This document shows positions 42,638-56,261 of a stretch of 64,000 nt of DNA, one piece after another. The notes beneath the pieces are model-generated. The model did no database searches, had not been told where the DNA came from, and was given only the letters and a program-made list of their open reading frames with translations. Position 1 is the first letter of the stretch. Every line of letters begins with the position of its first letter. A program made the translations under genes and the position numbers. The DNA comes from Octopus vulgaris (lineage: Eukaryota): contig OX597814.1 of assembly GCA_951406725.2 (NCBI GenBank), positions 29,760,001 to 29,824,000 on the forward strand, given 5' to 3'.

Positions 42638-43195
42638 GATATAAAAATATAATAGATATAAAAATTAGAAAGCTTAGCTGTGAGAGAAATAAAGGAATAT
42701 AAGCACATTGCTTTATTCTTCTCATAGCAAGGCTTTCTAATGTTTAAATTTATTTCAGTCCTAGTCCATGCTTATATTGTCACACTAATAGATATTTTTC
42801 TCTTTGCTTTGTTGCCAGGGAGTGGTTTTTGTAAGCAATTTAATACAAATGATAAAGCTAGACGACAGTCACGTTTGCAATATAGCATATAAACAACGTA
42901 CACACATACATACACACATTCACAATTCACACACATGATAATGCAAGAGTTGGAAAACATACTTTACACATTACATACATTATCTGCTATAGAATTCAAT
43001 ACATTGGTTTGACTGGTTAGATATGCTTCAACACATGCACATGTACACACACATATACATATAATCAGTCAGTACCTCATAAATCCAAACAGAAACATAC
43101 TCTAAAGCTTTAGATCAGTAATACTTAAAAAGGTTGTTGATTATGTGTGTGTGTGCGCAGCCATGTGTGTGAAGGTATGTGTGTATGTGTGCGTG

Positions 43196-43753
43196 TGTGA
43201 AGGCTTAGTGGTTAGGGTGTTTGGTTCACAATCATAAGGTTGTGAGTGGTCAATACCCAGAAGCATGTTGTGTCCCTGAGCAAGACCCTTTTTTTTATGT
43301 TGCTCCAGTCCACTCAGCTGGTAAAAATGAGTTGTACCTGTATTTCGAGGAGCCAGCCTTGTCACACTCTGTGTCATGCTGAATCCCCCTGGAACTATGT
43401 TAAGGGTACATGTGGCGAGCTGGCAGAAACGTTAGCGTGCCGGGCAAAATGCTAAGCTGTATTTCGTCTGCCGCTACGTTCTGAGTTCAAATTCCGTCGA
43501 GGTCGACTTTGCCTTTCATCCTTTCGGGGCCGATTAAATAAGTACCAGTTACGCACTGGGGTCGATATAATCGACTTAATCCGTGTGTCTGTCCTTGTTT
43601 GTCGCCTCTGTATTTAGCCCCTTGTGGGTAGTAAAGAAATAGGTACACGTGTCTGTGGAGTGCTCAGCCACTTGCATATTAATTTCATGAGCAGGCTGTT
43701 CCATTGATTGGATCAACTGGAACACTCATTGTCATAACCAACAAAGTGCCAGT
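43196..43753 (+). mobile_element. tRNA SINE H2+X, split by a nested family E SINE
   Basis: Collinear with 34805-35132 on both sides of the insert. Confidence 0.85.
43414..43641 (+). mobile_element. SINE family E, nested, 9-bp TSD
   Basis: TSD ggtacatgt (43405-43413) / ggtacacgt (43642-43650); homologous to 52549-52779. Confidence 0.9.
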
Positions 43754-43894
43754 TATATATATATATATGCATTAACATACATGTGTGTGATATATACAAA
43801 TATGTATGTGTGCGTATACATATTTATGTATACTTGTATGCATGTGTGTGTACTTATATATATATGCATATTTATCAGTCTATCTATCTATCTA

Positions 43895-43940
<46 letters not shown>

Positions 43941-45075
43941 TTTTGATTGAATGTTTTAATTTTAATTGAATTCCATTTCCCTTTGACATGATTAAATACT
44001 GTAAGTTTTTGGATAATTTTCGGTTAAAAGTTGGCAGTTTTTCATTGTAGCCAGTGAAGGACTGCGTCTGTGCAGAAAGATTTGAATAGTTAGTTCGTAT
44101 AAACACGAGACAAGTAGCCTTGTTTGTCTCATGTTGGATATGTACAACCCTAGGTTGGAACTTGCTGAAGAAAATCAGACCTTGTGAGTTCTCCTTGACT
44201 CACTAAAAGATGATCAGAAACCAATTGGTCCAGGGACTAGATGGTAAATGTTTTTCATTTCCAATTTATTCCTGTTGAATTTTATCCGTTATAAAGTAAA
44301 TAATGTACAGAATTCCTCATCTCTAAAATTATTTTGGTTATAACCAGCTAATAACCAAAATATGGCGGGCAAGAACAACATGCCTAGGACAAGTCAGTAT
44401 ATCTTGTGGGACATCTCCTTCTTTATGCATGTGTCTCATGTACCACAAATGGCATAGATTCATGCAACACGGTTAGATGCACAATATCCTACCCATGGTG
44501 GACAATTGTAGGATGGAGCAAAACAATTGTCATACTGAATAAAGACTAGTGCTAAATCTATTTTCTGTTTCCTTCATCAAGTATTATCTCATTTAACACT
44601 GCGAAATTCCTGGCTTAGATCTAGAGGAAATATATCCCAACTGTGGATGATACCAGGAAGCCCAAACTATGAATGTGCTTTGCTCAACACACTAATTATC
44701 AAATAGCCATTAGTCCGAAAAATTACATATATATATATATATATGTACTGAGAAAAAGGAAGAGAGAAGGAGAGGAAGAGTGAGTAAAAATGGAATGAAT
44801 GAAAGAGAGGGAGAGAGCGAGAGAGTCATGTTGTTTGTGGTATTTATTGAAAGTCGGAAACTGAGACCATGTGTAATATTGTAATGGATACATTCAATTC
44901 GGGTGAATTCTCTGTTGTTTGATCTGGAGCTACTGGTAGAGACTGTTTTTAAACCAGTTCACAGTGAAAGTTTATATCCTTTGCTCCATTTGTTTACATT
45001 TTTATGGCTTATTTTGCAGTCATGTTTTCATATAAACTAAATTACAGAATTTACTAGGTGCATTTTATCTAAGTA

Positions 45076-45442
45076 CTAGCAGTATTGCTCAGGTTTGTAA
45101 GTGAAATAACTATAAAGCATTTTTAGAGAGTTATAGCCAAAAAATAGCAAAAAAAATGATGGTAAATTTTTTTTTGAGAGTTAAAAAAGGTTGAGTTGCA
45201 CCCCCTAGACAGTTTGTGGTTCGTGTTTCTGATTCTCGACCCCATGTCGAATTTATCGATTTTTTTTCAGAACTGGGGGAACTTTTCAAAATTTTGGCTG
45301 CGTTAGTTTTGAATTATGACATTGGGCTATGTGTGTGTCAAGTTTCATCAGAATCGGTTGAAAGCCGTGGTCAGGGTGAGGGTACAAGCAAACAGACACA
45401 CAGAAACACGCACAGACAAACTGCCGTTTATATAGAGAGAGA
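45076..45442 (-). mobile_element. non-autonomous Helitron (type III), 3' hairpin partly deleted
   Basis: A|TCTCTCTCTATATAAAC...CTAG|T; the 3' region is shared with type I. Confidence 0.85.
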
Positions 45443-45559
45443 TTAGCACAAGAGAAGTTTTCTTCTCTCTGTTATGACTAAAAAGTTCCCACTATCCCAT
45501 GTTGTCCTTGTTTGTTTGTTTTGTTTACTTTTACCAAATGGTCATTTTGTCTCTGGTAA

Positions 45560-46040
45560 ATAAAGAGAGAGTGAGGAAAGGGATCCCAGGTGAGGGTGCT
45601 AGATGAGAGAGAAAAGAGAAAGAGAGAAGAGAGGGAGAGAGACTGTTGGTAAGGAAATTGGTTTGGAATAGAATGGGTGACATAATAAGTGAAAAGAGTT
45701 ACAAGAGGAAATGAGAAAGAAAGAAAGGAAGAGAGAGTATTGGAGAGTTAGTGGAGTGGGGAGAGAGAGAGAAATAGAGGAAAGTAACATATGAGAGTGA
45801 TGAAAGGGGATACTGTTAGGAGAGTGGTTATGATGGATATCAATAAGGAGTGGCAGGTAAGGGAAAAAGAGAGTGATTGCTAGCAATAAAGAAGGATTGA
45901 GTATGGGCAAATCAAATGTGATGACAATCTTCTTTACACAGGAAGCTTGATGGGAGAGAGATTGAGTGATAATAGGGAGACCCACTGATAAGAGAGGAGT
46001 AAGTGATAGATGAGAGTATAATGAAGAGTTGGGTAGAGCA
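45560..46040. repeat. GA-rich low-complexity tract
   Basis: Strong purine bias on the + strand; a similar tract lies at about 36790-37290. Confidence 0.7.
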
Positions 46041-46053
46041 ATAAATGGAGACT

Positions 46054-46380
46054 TAAAGACTCCGCCGGTTACGACGACGAGGGTCCCAGCTGATACGATC
46101 AACGGAACAGCTTGCTCGTGAAATTAACGTGCAAATGGCTGAGCATTCCACAGACACGTGTACCCTTAACGTAGTTCTCAGGGATAATCAGCGTGACACA
46201 GAGAGTGACAAGGCTGACCCTTTGAAATACAAGTACAACTCATTTTTGCCAGCTGAGTGGACTGGAGCAACGTGAAATAAAGTGTCTTGCTCAAGGACAC
46301 AACGCGTCGCCGGGAATCGAACTCACAACCTTACGATCATGAGCCGAATGCCCTAACCACAAAGCCACGCGCCCTCACAT
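46054..46380 (-). mobile_element. tRNA SINE, head H2 + tail X
   Basis: TSD aatggagact at 46044-46053 and 46381-46390; CpG-rich, so probably young. Confidence 0.9.
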
Positions 46381-46402
46381 AATGGAGACTATATGCCAAA
46401 GC

Positions 46403-46693
46403 AGAGGCACATGGCCTAGTGGTTAGAGCAGTGGACTTGCGGTTGATGGATCGTGGGTTCAAATCTCAGACCTGGCAACGTGTGTATTTATGAGTGAAGC
46501 ACCTAAGTTCCACATGACTCTGGTAGAAGGTAATGGCAAACTTCTGCCGACTCTTTCTCTCACTCTTTCCTCTTACATCTAGCAGCTCTCCTGCAACAGA
46601 CCGGTGTCCCATCCAGGTGGGGAACCTATATGCCAATGAAACTGGGTAACTGGCCCTTATGAGCCAGGCATGGCTCAAGAAGGAACAAGCAAC
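46403..46693 (+). mobile_element. tRNA SINE, head H1' + tail Y'
   Basis: tggcctagtgg / ggttcaaatct boxes; homologous to 6953-7227. Confidence 0.85.
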
Positions 46694-46779
46694 ATGTTAA
46701 AGTACTACTGAGTAAAAATGGGGCCTCTGTTACTTTCAATGATGAGTATTCCAGTTGTTTGATCAACTGGATTGCACCA

Positions 46780-47132
46780 TTCGATCATGATCATTGCCAG
46801 CATCACCTTACTGGCACATGTGCCAGTGGTATGTGAAAAACAACATTTGAACGTGTCGCTGGACTGGCTTCTATGCAGATGGCACGTAAAAACTACCATT
46901 TGAGTGTGGTCGTTGTCAGTACCACCTGACTGGCTCTCATGCTGGTGGCATATAGAAGTACCCACTACATTCTCAGAGTGGTTGGCGTTAGGAAGGGCAT
47001 CCAGCTGTAGAAACTTTGTCAGATCAGATTGGAGCCTGGTGCAGCCTTCTGGCTCACCAGTCCTCAGTCAAACCGTCCAACCCATGTTAGCATGGAAAGT
47101 GGGCGTTAAATGACAATAATGATGATGATGAT
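46780..47132 (+). mobile_element. SINE-like family B
   Basis: Tandem units + ggcgttaggaagggcatccagctgtagaaac + (gat)n. Confidence 0.85.
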
Positions 47133-47609
47133 GTGGCTGAATATTCCACAGACATATTTTGCCTTAATGTTATTCTTATGTACAATCAGTACGATGCAAA
47201 GCTAGCAATTTGAATAACAGGTTCGAACCATCTGACAGGCTTCCACATTCCCATTTACCATGTATCATTCACAAAAAACCTTAGACTGTCCAAGGCCCAT
47301 GATAGGTGATATTTACTCAAGATGCTACACAAAGGAATTGAATCCAGGATGGCAAAGCAAACCTCATAGCCACTCAGTCATGACTGTTCCCATTTTCAAC
47401 AGCCATCATAGAAATTTCCATCCCATGTCTCCTGAAAAATCTGAAATACTAAGTTTGGAGCACCCATCTCTCTCCTCTGCAGCAAGACACTTGTTCCTGT
47501 CCCTCTTTCTTAATTTAGCTGGTCTTTACCTAGCGTGGAACCACCTCTTCAATACTGCACCCTCACTTTGTCAAGAGATCTTGTCTTGTAAGTTACTTGA
47601 TAACCACAC

Positions 47610-47805
47610 TAGTGCTGGTGCCATGAAAAAAACAAATACCCAGTACATTCTGCAAAGTGGTTGGCATTAGGAGGGCCACCCAGCTATAAAAACCTTACCA
47701 CAGAAGACACTGGAGACCGACACATCCCTCAGTCCAGTCAGATTCAGTTGAACTGTCCAATCCATGCCAGCATGGAATACAAATATTGAATGATGATGAT
47801 GATGA
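47610..47805 (+). mobile_element. degraded family B copy
   Basis: gtggttggcattaggagggccacccagctataaaaac...ccatgccagcatgga...(gat)n. Confidence 0.7.
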
Positions 47806-50800
47806 CAGAGGACCAGTAAGTCAACATTTTGTTTTCTTTATCCTTGATAAATCATCAGACTACTGTTGATAACTGAATGAAATGAAAAAAAAATTTAAAT
47901 ACTTAAATATTTCAAAACTTTATTTTCCTTTTGGTTACAATGTTTGATTAAATTTTTTTTTTCATATTTTCAAAATGATACCAACTTATAAAAATTTATG
48001 AATATATATAAATTTTCTTTGAAAAATTCATATATATATATAAAATCTTAAGTCGTAATTAAAAAGTTTATTTTTTGATTTACAAACTTCATTAATATAT
48101 TTTTTCTAATTACATTTTGAAATACAAATATTTTTCAAATAATATTGTCCATTGCTTTATTGCAAAAAATATTAATAAAGAAAATAAAAATATACAGACT
48201 TTAAAAAAATCTTTTAGTCAAGAGGGAGAAAATTACTCTTGAATCAGAAACCTGGCCTTATTGCTTGGAGCAGAGTGGGCTCTGGTAAAGACACCCAAAG
48301 TGCCAGGTGGTGGTGTTAAACCAGATCATGGGTTAAATTTACCACCCATGTACGCCAAGGCAAAATTCAAACTCAGAGTGCAAAGAACTTGAACAAATAC
48401 CACAAGGCATTCAGTTGGATGTTCTTGCAGTTCCACAAATCCTTTGCCTTGGATTGGTATTCTTTTTTTTTAGCCCTAAAAGATTGAAAGGCAGAGTTGG
48501 TCTTGGTAGGATTTGAGTTCAGTACAGAACATCTGAACAAATACTACAAAGTATTTTGCCCAATGCTCTGCTAGTTTGCCACCTTAATAATGAAAATATA
48601 TAATTATAAAAAGCAATTTCAAAGACAGTTGGTAGTATTTGTGTGACTAAACCATACTTATTCTTTTTCTCTCAAAAGTTTATTTTAGATATTTGTAGAA
48701 TATCTGGGTTTTGTTATCTATAGGCAAAAGGCTTTATTGCATATTGAAATACATTCAAAATTTCAAGTTAATGAGAAATTGAAGAACATTCCCATGGATA
48801 GAAATTTCACTCAAATGGTTTTACCATAGAATTATTTGAACTTAGTATAGCAAAACACACTGCAGTCAATTTCTGTAATTGCTGTCTTCATTGTCTTTCA
48901 TAATTCAAATACTTCCTGTACCTATAAACTATAACATTCCCACTCAAGGACAGTTCCTGTACTCACTTCTCACAATTCTTCAAACTCTGTATATAACATT
49001 TAACCAAACCCTTCCATCCTAGAATCACAACTCTATGGAACTCACTCCATACTCACATTTTACTCAAAGATATCATCCTGCTGAATATCAACTTCATTGA
49101 TCTCTCTTCAGTCTGGAATGGCTTCAGTAGGCAATAGCCTATGGAGGTCATCCCATTTTGGACTAAATAAAAGAAATCAACTATACTCTATGTTATAGAG
49201 TATTCTATGCTGTATAGAATAGACACTATGCTTAGCATGGTGTATACTCTATAGTTGAGTGTATTTGATTACTGAGAGTTAAGTATTCTATCTATGGAAA
49301 CAGCACCAGTAATCCTTCAGCAGTTGGCTATCACTTATCAGTCCACAACTGATGACTCATTGAATTAAATTCAATACCCTGAGATTTAAGCATTTGCAAT
49401 ATATTTAGGGATATAATTTACTAGAAACATTTGTTTATGATGAGATTCACTTGAAAAAAAGATAGTTTCAGATAGGTTCATGGATGGAATTAAAAAGATA
49501 GTCGTGATGATGAAAGATATATAAGTAGTGATTTTGATGAAGTTAACTTATGGCTTCACTTATTTTGTATGATTAACACTTGTAATTTTATTGAAGTAAA
49601 GTCATAAAGTGACTTATCTCTTGCATAAAAGTGTCTAAAATGGGTTATTCTGCTCCTAAGAGATTTGTTAGAATCGTTTAACAAAGCAGTTAAAAATTCG
49701 TTACTCCTTTAAAAGTTCATGTGTTTATAATTTTTATAAGGTTGTGTAACTTAGTGAAGAAGAACATAGTTAAAGGAGCAATGGATTGCAAAATCATATG
49801 GGACCAATGAAATAGTAATTAAAAGAACTGGGAGGTAAACAAAAGCAACTATTTCAACAGTTTAACAAGTCAGCATAAATGGGATAATGTGGTATTAATT
49901 CAATGTTTTAAGCATGAGCAGATCATGTTTTTATATGCGTTAAATCCAGCATTGAAGAAGTATTCTAAAAGTGTTTAGTGAAGACACTTTAGATGATCTT
50001 AAGATGTATCAGATAAGTATGGTTATCAGGTTAATTAGTATTGGATGAGATGGAAAGAAATGATACATCTATTGGATCTGTAATATTATGAAAAACAGAG
50101 CACTTGTGACCTGAGAATGGTTGGGCATTAAATGGCATCATTTGATGTGTAGATGAAAGCAGCTGAAATAGTAAGAATATGATTCAATGGAGAATAAGTG
50201 CTCAGAGAAAAAAAAAATGAAAATGCTGTATGTTGACAGTGAAAATGGCTATTGGAAGATCAAGGAAAATGTGTGAATAGTTAGGGAGATGAAATATCAA
50301 GTCATTGAACTTCACAGACAAGCTGCTGCAGGACAAAGATGAGTGGAGATTTGCCACACTGTAGTTCTTTCCAGTCTGTGTTACCATGAAAACAATTAGT
50401 GTTAAAATAATAATGAAAATGATTCCACTTCATTTTTATCAAGAGTAAATGGGAGATCTCATCTTGCACAGATTATGGCTTGGAAACACAGGCCATAAAT
50501 ATCAACAGGTGGACATCTGTGGTAATCGTTTGTATATACAATGACAAAGGGAATAAGCTTGTTTTATCTGGAAAGATTTTGATTCCCTACATGTATTATG
50601 AGACTGACAATAGTGGTCAAACTTTGAATTATTATGAACATCTTTAAGCTTATAAAAAGAATAAAATACTGCTTGAAAAAGAGGTCAGAATATTGTGTCT
50701 CTGAATGTATATTTGTGGGCTAAATGATCAAATAACTGTGACCTACATGCTTAATACTTCAGCTATGTCTTGCTTTAATCTAACTGCACACATCAATAAA

Positions 50801-51603
50801 CAACATTTGATTTTAGGACTTGTTAGAAGAAAAGGTAAGAACTTATATGAATGTTAATTAGTGAATATATGATTGTGTGTATGTGTGTGTATACATATAT
50901 GTCCTTGGTATGACATTAATCTGCATCCAGTGTTGAGGCCCCAGTTTGAGAAGTCACCCATTAGTTATCATTACTCTCAGGTCCATTCTGATCTGGAATG
51001 GTAGTACCTGTCAGGGTCCCATCCATGGGTTAAATAGAATTTTCTAAGTGTAAACTGAGATCCTTAGCTGCAATGAAAACAATCAGTTTCGGAGAAGGAA
51101 AAATCCAAAATTAATACCCTCTTTATATCCTAAGCCAGCATGGAAGAGTATGGCTGATGAAACCAACATGAGGTATGTCCAATAACACCACAGATACTAC
51201 AGATACAACTAGCTTGTGTTAGTGTGCAATCTGCTGCATGAAGAGATATCATGCACACTTTGTTTAAGATTAACCATAAACGTATACATACATACACATA
51301 ACCCATGTAAGCAAAGAAATGTTAGTTTAAAAAAATTTTGGTTTGAGATCAGTAGCATTGATTTAAAATAAATAAAATACCAAAAGAAAAATAGTTAACA
51401 ACAAGGAACACTGAGACATTAACCACAAGAAATCTCTTTAAGTCTGGTAACAATTTTCTGATATCAAATATAAAAAAAAAAATTTCCAGAGCATCAATGC
51501 TTCGGACAAGGTTTGAACCTATGTTGTAAGAGCTAGGAAGGAAATATCACATTTGTCTTTTAATGGATTTTGATAGAAGAATGTTACGAGACCTTTTGTT
51601 CTA

Positions 51604-52000
51604 TCTTTATATATAAAAGTAAGGTTGTGTATCTGTCTCCTACGATTTAGATTCCTAACTACTCCCACATTTTGCGGTGCAGTTTAACCAAAACCGGGTA
51701 TCTTATAGTCGTGATTCATATCGAGCCCTTCTGGGTATTAGCATGCGTCTACGATGAGTCTACGATTAAAAAAAAAATTTACCATAATTTTTTTCCATTT
51801 TAATGCATTTTTTCGCTATTATATAAGGGAAGTAACTCTCTAAAAATGTCTACGATGAGTCAACGATTTTAAAAAAAATTTACCATCATTTTTTTCCATT
51901 TTTAATTCATTTTTTTGCTATTTTTTGGCTATAACTCTCTAAAAATGCTTATATAGTTATTTCCCTTACAAACCCGAGCAACGCCGGGCGATACTGCTAG
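51604..52000 (+). mobile_element. non-autonomous Helitron (type I)
   Basis: A|TCTTTATATATAAAAG...cccgagcaacgccgggcgatactgCTAG|T. Confidence 0.92.
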
Positions 52001-52548
52001 TTTTGTATAAAGTAAGAAGTTTAAAGTGAAGGATGATTGTTTGTCTGAGAAGTTCAAATTGTGCTGCAGTTAGCATTGGGGTGCTCTTATAAACACTCAT
52101 TCTATATTTGGTTGAATCATCATCATTATCATCATTTAATGCCCATTTTCCATGCTGGCATGGGTTGGATGGTTTGACTGCACCATGCTTCACTGTCTGT
52201 TTTGACAAGGTTTTCGCTCTTGCTACTTTTTGTTATATATGTTAGTCGGAGGAGGATATATTGCCTTCCCAAATTCGTGACATTGTTGTGGTTGATGTTC
52301 AGTTTGAACAACTGTAGGATGGTGACTAGAGGAAAAACATGGACGAGGAAAAGCTTCACATGGGATGCAATTTGAGGAATGGTCAAAAAAAAAAAAACCT
52401 TTATTATGGAATCTGGGGAGTTAAGACACAGTAGGGACAATATGACAAGTTACAACTATCTCAGTTGAGTCTGGAGGGAGAAGGGATATTTAGGAACCTG
52501 TAGCTTACCAAATGCTAAGTATAAAGCATATCCAACTATATATATATA

Positions 52549-52779
52549 TATTTCTTTATTGCCCACAAGGGGCTAAACATAGAGGGGACAAACAAGGACA
52601 GACAAAGGGATTAAGTCGATTACATCGACCCCAGTGCGAAACTGGTACTTTATTTATCGGCCCAGAAAGGATGAAAGGCAAAGTCGACCTCAGTGGAATT
52701 TGAACTCAGAACGTAACGGCAGACGAAATACGGCTACGCACTTCGCCCGGCGTGTTAACGTTTCTGCCAGCTCGCCGCC
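52549..52779 (-). mobile_element. SINE family E, full length
   Basis: Head ggcggcgagctggcagaaacgttaac, B-box-like gagttcaaattcc, tail gggcaataaagaaata. Confidence 0.88.
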
Positions 52780-52791
52780 TTTATTTATATA

Positions 52792-52875
<84 letters not shown>

Positions 52876-52879
<4 letters not shown>

Positions 52880-52979
52880 GGGTGTATACAAAATCTTCAG
52901 CTTCAAAAAAACAAAAGATGGTACAAAACTTGATGAAGGTACAAGACTTCAAGGCTCAAAACTTTTCATACACCCCTTG
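52876..52979. mobile_element. ~104-bp Tc1/mariner-type mini-MITE
   Basis: ta-tgaggggtgtat...atacacccct-tg-tg are inverted termini consistent with a decayed TA-CGAGGGGTGTAT. Confidence 0.6.
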
Positions 52980-53276
52980 TGTGTGTGTGTATAAGAGAGT
53001 ATTGTAGTTTGCTTGGAGCATTGTGTATTGTTTGTAAACAATAATAATAAATAGTAATAATGTGTTTTGAATGGCACAACAATGCACTATAATACAAATA
53101 ATGGACTATAATAACTGGTGTAATTTAATCATCCTCCTTCAGATTTTCCTAGGGATATCTGAAGTAGGAATTTTTATATCTGAAATATCATATGAGGCCA
53201 TGGATGATTAAATTGCACCAGTTATTATAGTCCATTATTGTACCATTCAAAAGACATTATTACTATTTATTATATA

Positions 53277-53473
53277 CTAGCAGTATCGCCCGGCGTTGCT
53301 CAGGTTTGTAAGGGAAATAACTATAAAGCATTTTTAGAGAGTTATAGCCAAAAAATAGCATGTGTGTGTCAAGTTTCATCAGAATCGGTTGAAAGCCGTG
53401 GTCAGGGTGAGGGTACGAGAAAACAGACACACAGAAACACGCACAGACAAACTGCCGTTTATATATAGAGAGA
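53277..53473 (-). mobile_element. non-autonomous Helitron (type III, internally deleted)
   Basis: Both ends match 45076-45442, with about 170 bp of the interior missing. Confidence 0.88.
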
Positions 53474-53489
53474 TATATATCAAAATCAA

Positions 53490-53971
53490 AATCGCTGAGG
53501 TGGCCGATCACAGTACCACCTGATTGGCACGTGTGTCAGGGGAACATTAAAAGCACATCCAAGCGTGGTTGTTGCCAGGGCCACGGATCAGCTCCTGTGC
53601 TGGTGGCACATAAAAAGCACCTTTCGAGCATGATTGTTGCCAGCATCGCCTCACACGTACATGTGCCAGTGGCACGTAAAAAACAACATTCGAGCATGGT
53701 TGTTGCCAGTGCTGCCGGACTGGCTCCCGTGCAGGTAGCATGTAAAAAACACCTTTTGAGCATGGTCGCTGCCAGAACCACCAGACTGGCCCTCATGCCA
53801 GAGGCACGTAAAAGCACCCACTACACTCTCGGAGTGGTTGGCATTAGGAAGGGCATCCAGCTGTAGAAACTTTGCCCGATCAGATTGAGCCTGGTGCAGC
53901 CTTTTGGCTCACCAGTCCTCAGTGAAACCGTCCAACCCATGCCAGCATGGAAAGTGGACGTTAAATGATGA
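53490..53971 (+). mobile_element. SINE-like family B with about five ~65-bp tandem units
   Basis: Repeated gtgccnntggcacgtaaaaagcac units, then the family B tail. Confidence 0.88.
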
Positions 53972-54186
53972 CAGACTGACAGACAGACAGACAGAATACA
54001 TACATACATACATACGTACATACATAGATGCTCATACATTTTGTCAACATTCAATTTTTATGAAAATTATGTAACTTTGAAACCTGAGATTTTTAGTGAA
54101 AGGAAACATTTGTGTAGAGAAATTTATGAAATGAAACTGAAGTTAAAAATACTTTGACGAAGAATTTAAGCCAAGTTGCAGATTTA

Positions 54187-54220
<34 letters not shown>

Positions 54221-55375
54221 GTTTAGCGTCCGTTTTCCATGCTAGCATGGGTTGGACCAAAGCCAAATGGAGTTCAGTAATTATAACAGCTGGTTGATCG
54301 GTTAAGGGAGGATGATATAAAATTACTAAAAATATTGGCTTGTTTTTTTTCAAGGGTTGAGAAAAAGATGTTATAATTTAAATTATTAAATTCCTTTGAG
54401 AAAAGCTTTTAATACTAAAGCGAAGTCTGAGGTGGACTTTGCCTTTCATCCTTTCAGGTCACAATAAAATAAGTACCAGTTGAGGACTGGGGTTGATTTA
54501 ACTGACTTACTCCCTCCCCTAAATTTGCTGGCCTTGTACCAAACATTTGAAACTGATATTAGGAAGGGCATCCAGCTGTAGAAACACTGCTAGATCTGAC
54601 TGGTCTGGTGTAGCCTTCGGGCTTCCCAGACCCCAGTTGAACCGTCCAACCCATGCGGACGTTAAACAAATATGATGATGATGATTAAAGTGAAGTATTT
54701 TCAACAGGGAATTGAGCTCATTACATACACTCAATTATATTAAAACGCATATACTAAGTTTTAAAATTGGCAAACCCTTAACATAGAGATGTATATATTT
54801 GAATGCATGATTGGATCATGTGTATGTATGTGTATTCCAGCATGTGTGTCTGTTTTATTATAATACATATACAAAATGAAACAAGCTCTTTTGAAATCCG
54901 TTAGTGTTCTAATTTTCATGTATACTTGAAGCTTGCAAAGCAAATACATAAACATAATCCAGTTTACTTATTTTAAAAATGAACTTGTTTATATCTTGTA
55001 TTTTGTGACCAACCATGTCACTGCTTATAAATTTGAAATAGGCCAATCATTGGGTTTATCATATTTCTGATGGTATGCGTGATAAGGGAGTGTCACTAGC
55101 TTGAGTAGAATAATACAAGAAGGTATTCGTTGATCTTTGTGTCTTTTACATTTGTGAAAGGCTTACACATACAAACATTATATGTGTGTATATATAACTT
55201 TGGCACAGTTTTTACCAAGGTTGCTCTAGATATTATATAGTTGGATCAAATTTTGTATCAGGTGGTTGCAAAGCAGACGTCTTATCCACCCAGTCAATCT
55301 AATACTCTAGAGAAAAGTATCAATTTGCAATCTTGTATTTTATGAAAAAATACCTTTAATTTCTAATCACAGCTG

Positions 55376-55805
55376 CAATGCACTGGTTTATAATATTGAA
55401 TACACTGGTGGATTGCATCTAATGCACTTGTTTATCACATATAATGCACCGGCTTAGGACATGTAATTGATCGGTCACATCTAGTGCAGTGTATTGCATT
55501 TAGTGCATTAGTTTATTATATCCAATGCATTATTTTATTGCATCTAATACATTGGTTATCACATCTGATGCACTTTTTATCACATCTAATTCATTAGTTT
55601 ATTGCATGTAATGCAGTAGTGCATTGCATATATATTAATTATTACATCTGGATGCACTGTTAATCACATCTAAAGCATTGGTTTATCGCATGCAATGCTC
55701 TGGTATGATCTAATACAATGGTACACTGGATGCATTGTATTAGTGTATTGCTTGTGCTGCAGCGGTGTATCACATTTAACACATGATACATTGCATGTAA
55801 TACAA
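55376..55805. repeat. degenerate ~21-22-bp minisatellite
   Basis: Consensus close to aatgcactggtttatcacatct. Confidence 0.75.
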
Positions 55806-56261
55806 TAGAAAATGATGTATCACTTTATCAAGCTGGTACTGGAGTTGATATAATCAAATATATACCATCTCCAAAATATATATGGCCTAATGCTTATTGG
55901 TAGAAATTATTATTGATTTATGACAACATACATCTATCTATGTAACCACATATATACATAAAATCATACATGTACACACACACATACTTAAGAGGATATT
56001 TAGCATTTCTAAAATCAAATGATAATGAATAATTAATATTGTTGTGACATTGTAAAAGAATAAAAATAAAAATTAGAAAAGTGTTTATTTACAGTTTAAC
56101 AGTGTTACTGTTGTCTAACAATTATTTTGTCCTTCAATAAAAGCTAAACTAAAAATGACTGTATTTAAGAAATAATTACAGGCTGTACTGGTAATTATTT
56201 ACACTTAAAACAAAGCAAGCCTTTAAAAGCTTTATACAATAGTCTTAGTTATTGACAGCAG

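Noticed and set aside
53490-53830. CRISPR-like repeat-spacer appearance of the family B units
   Set aside because: The 'spacers' are homologous to one another, the array is part of a dispersed retroposon, no cas genes are present and the DNA is eukaryotic.
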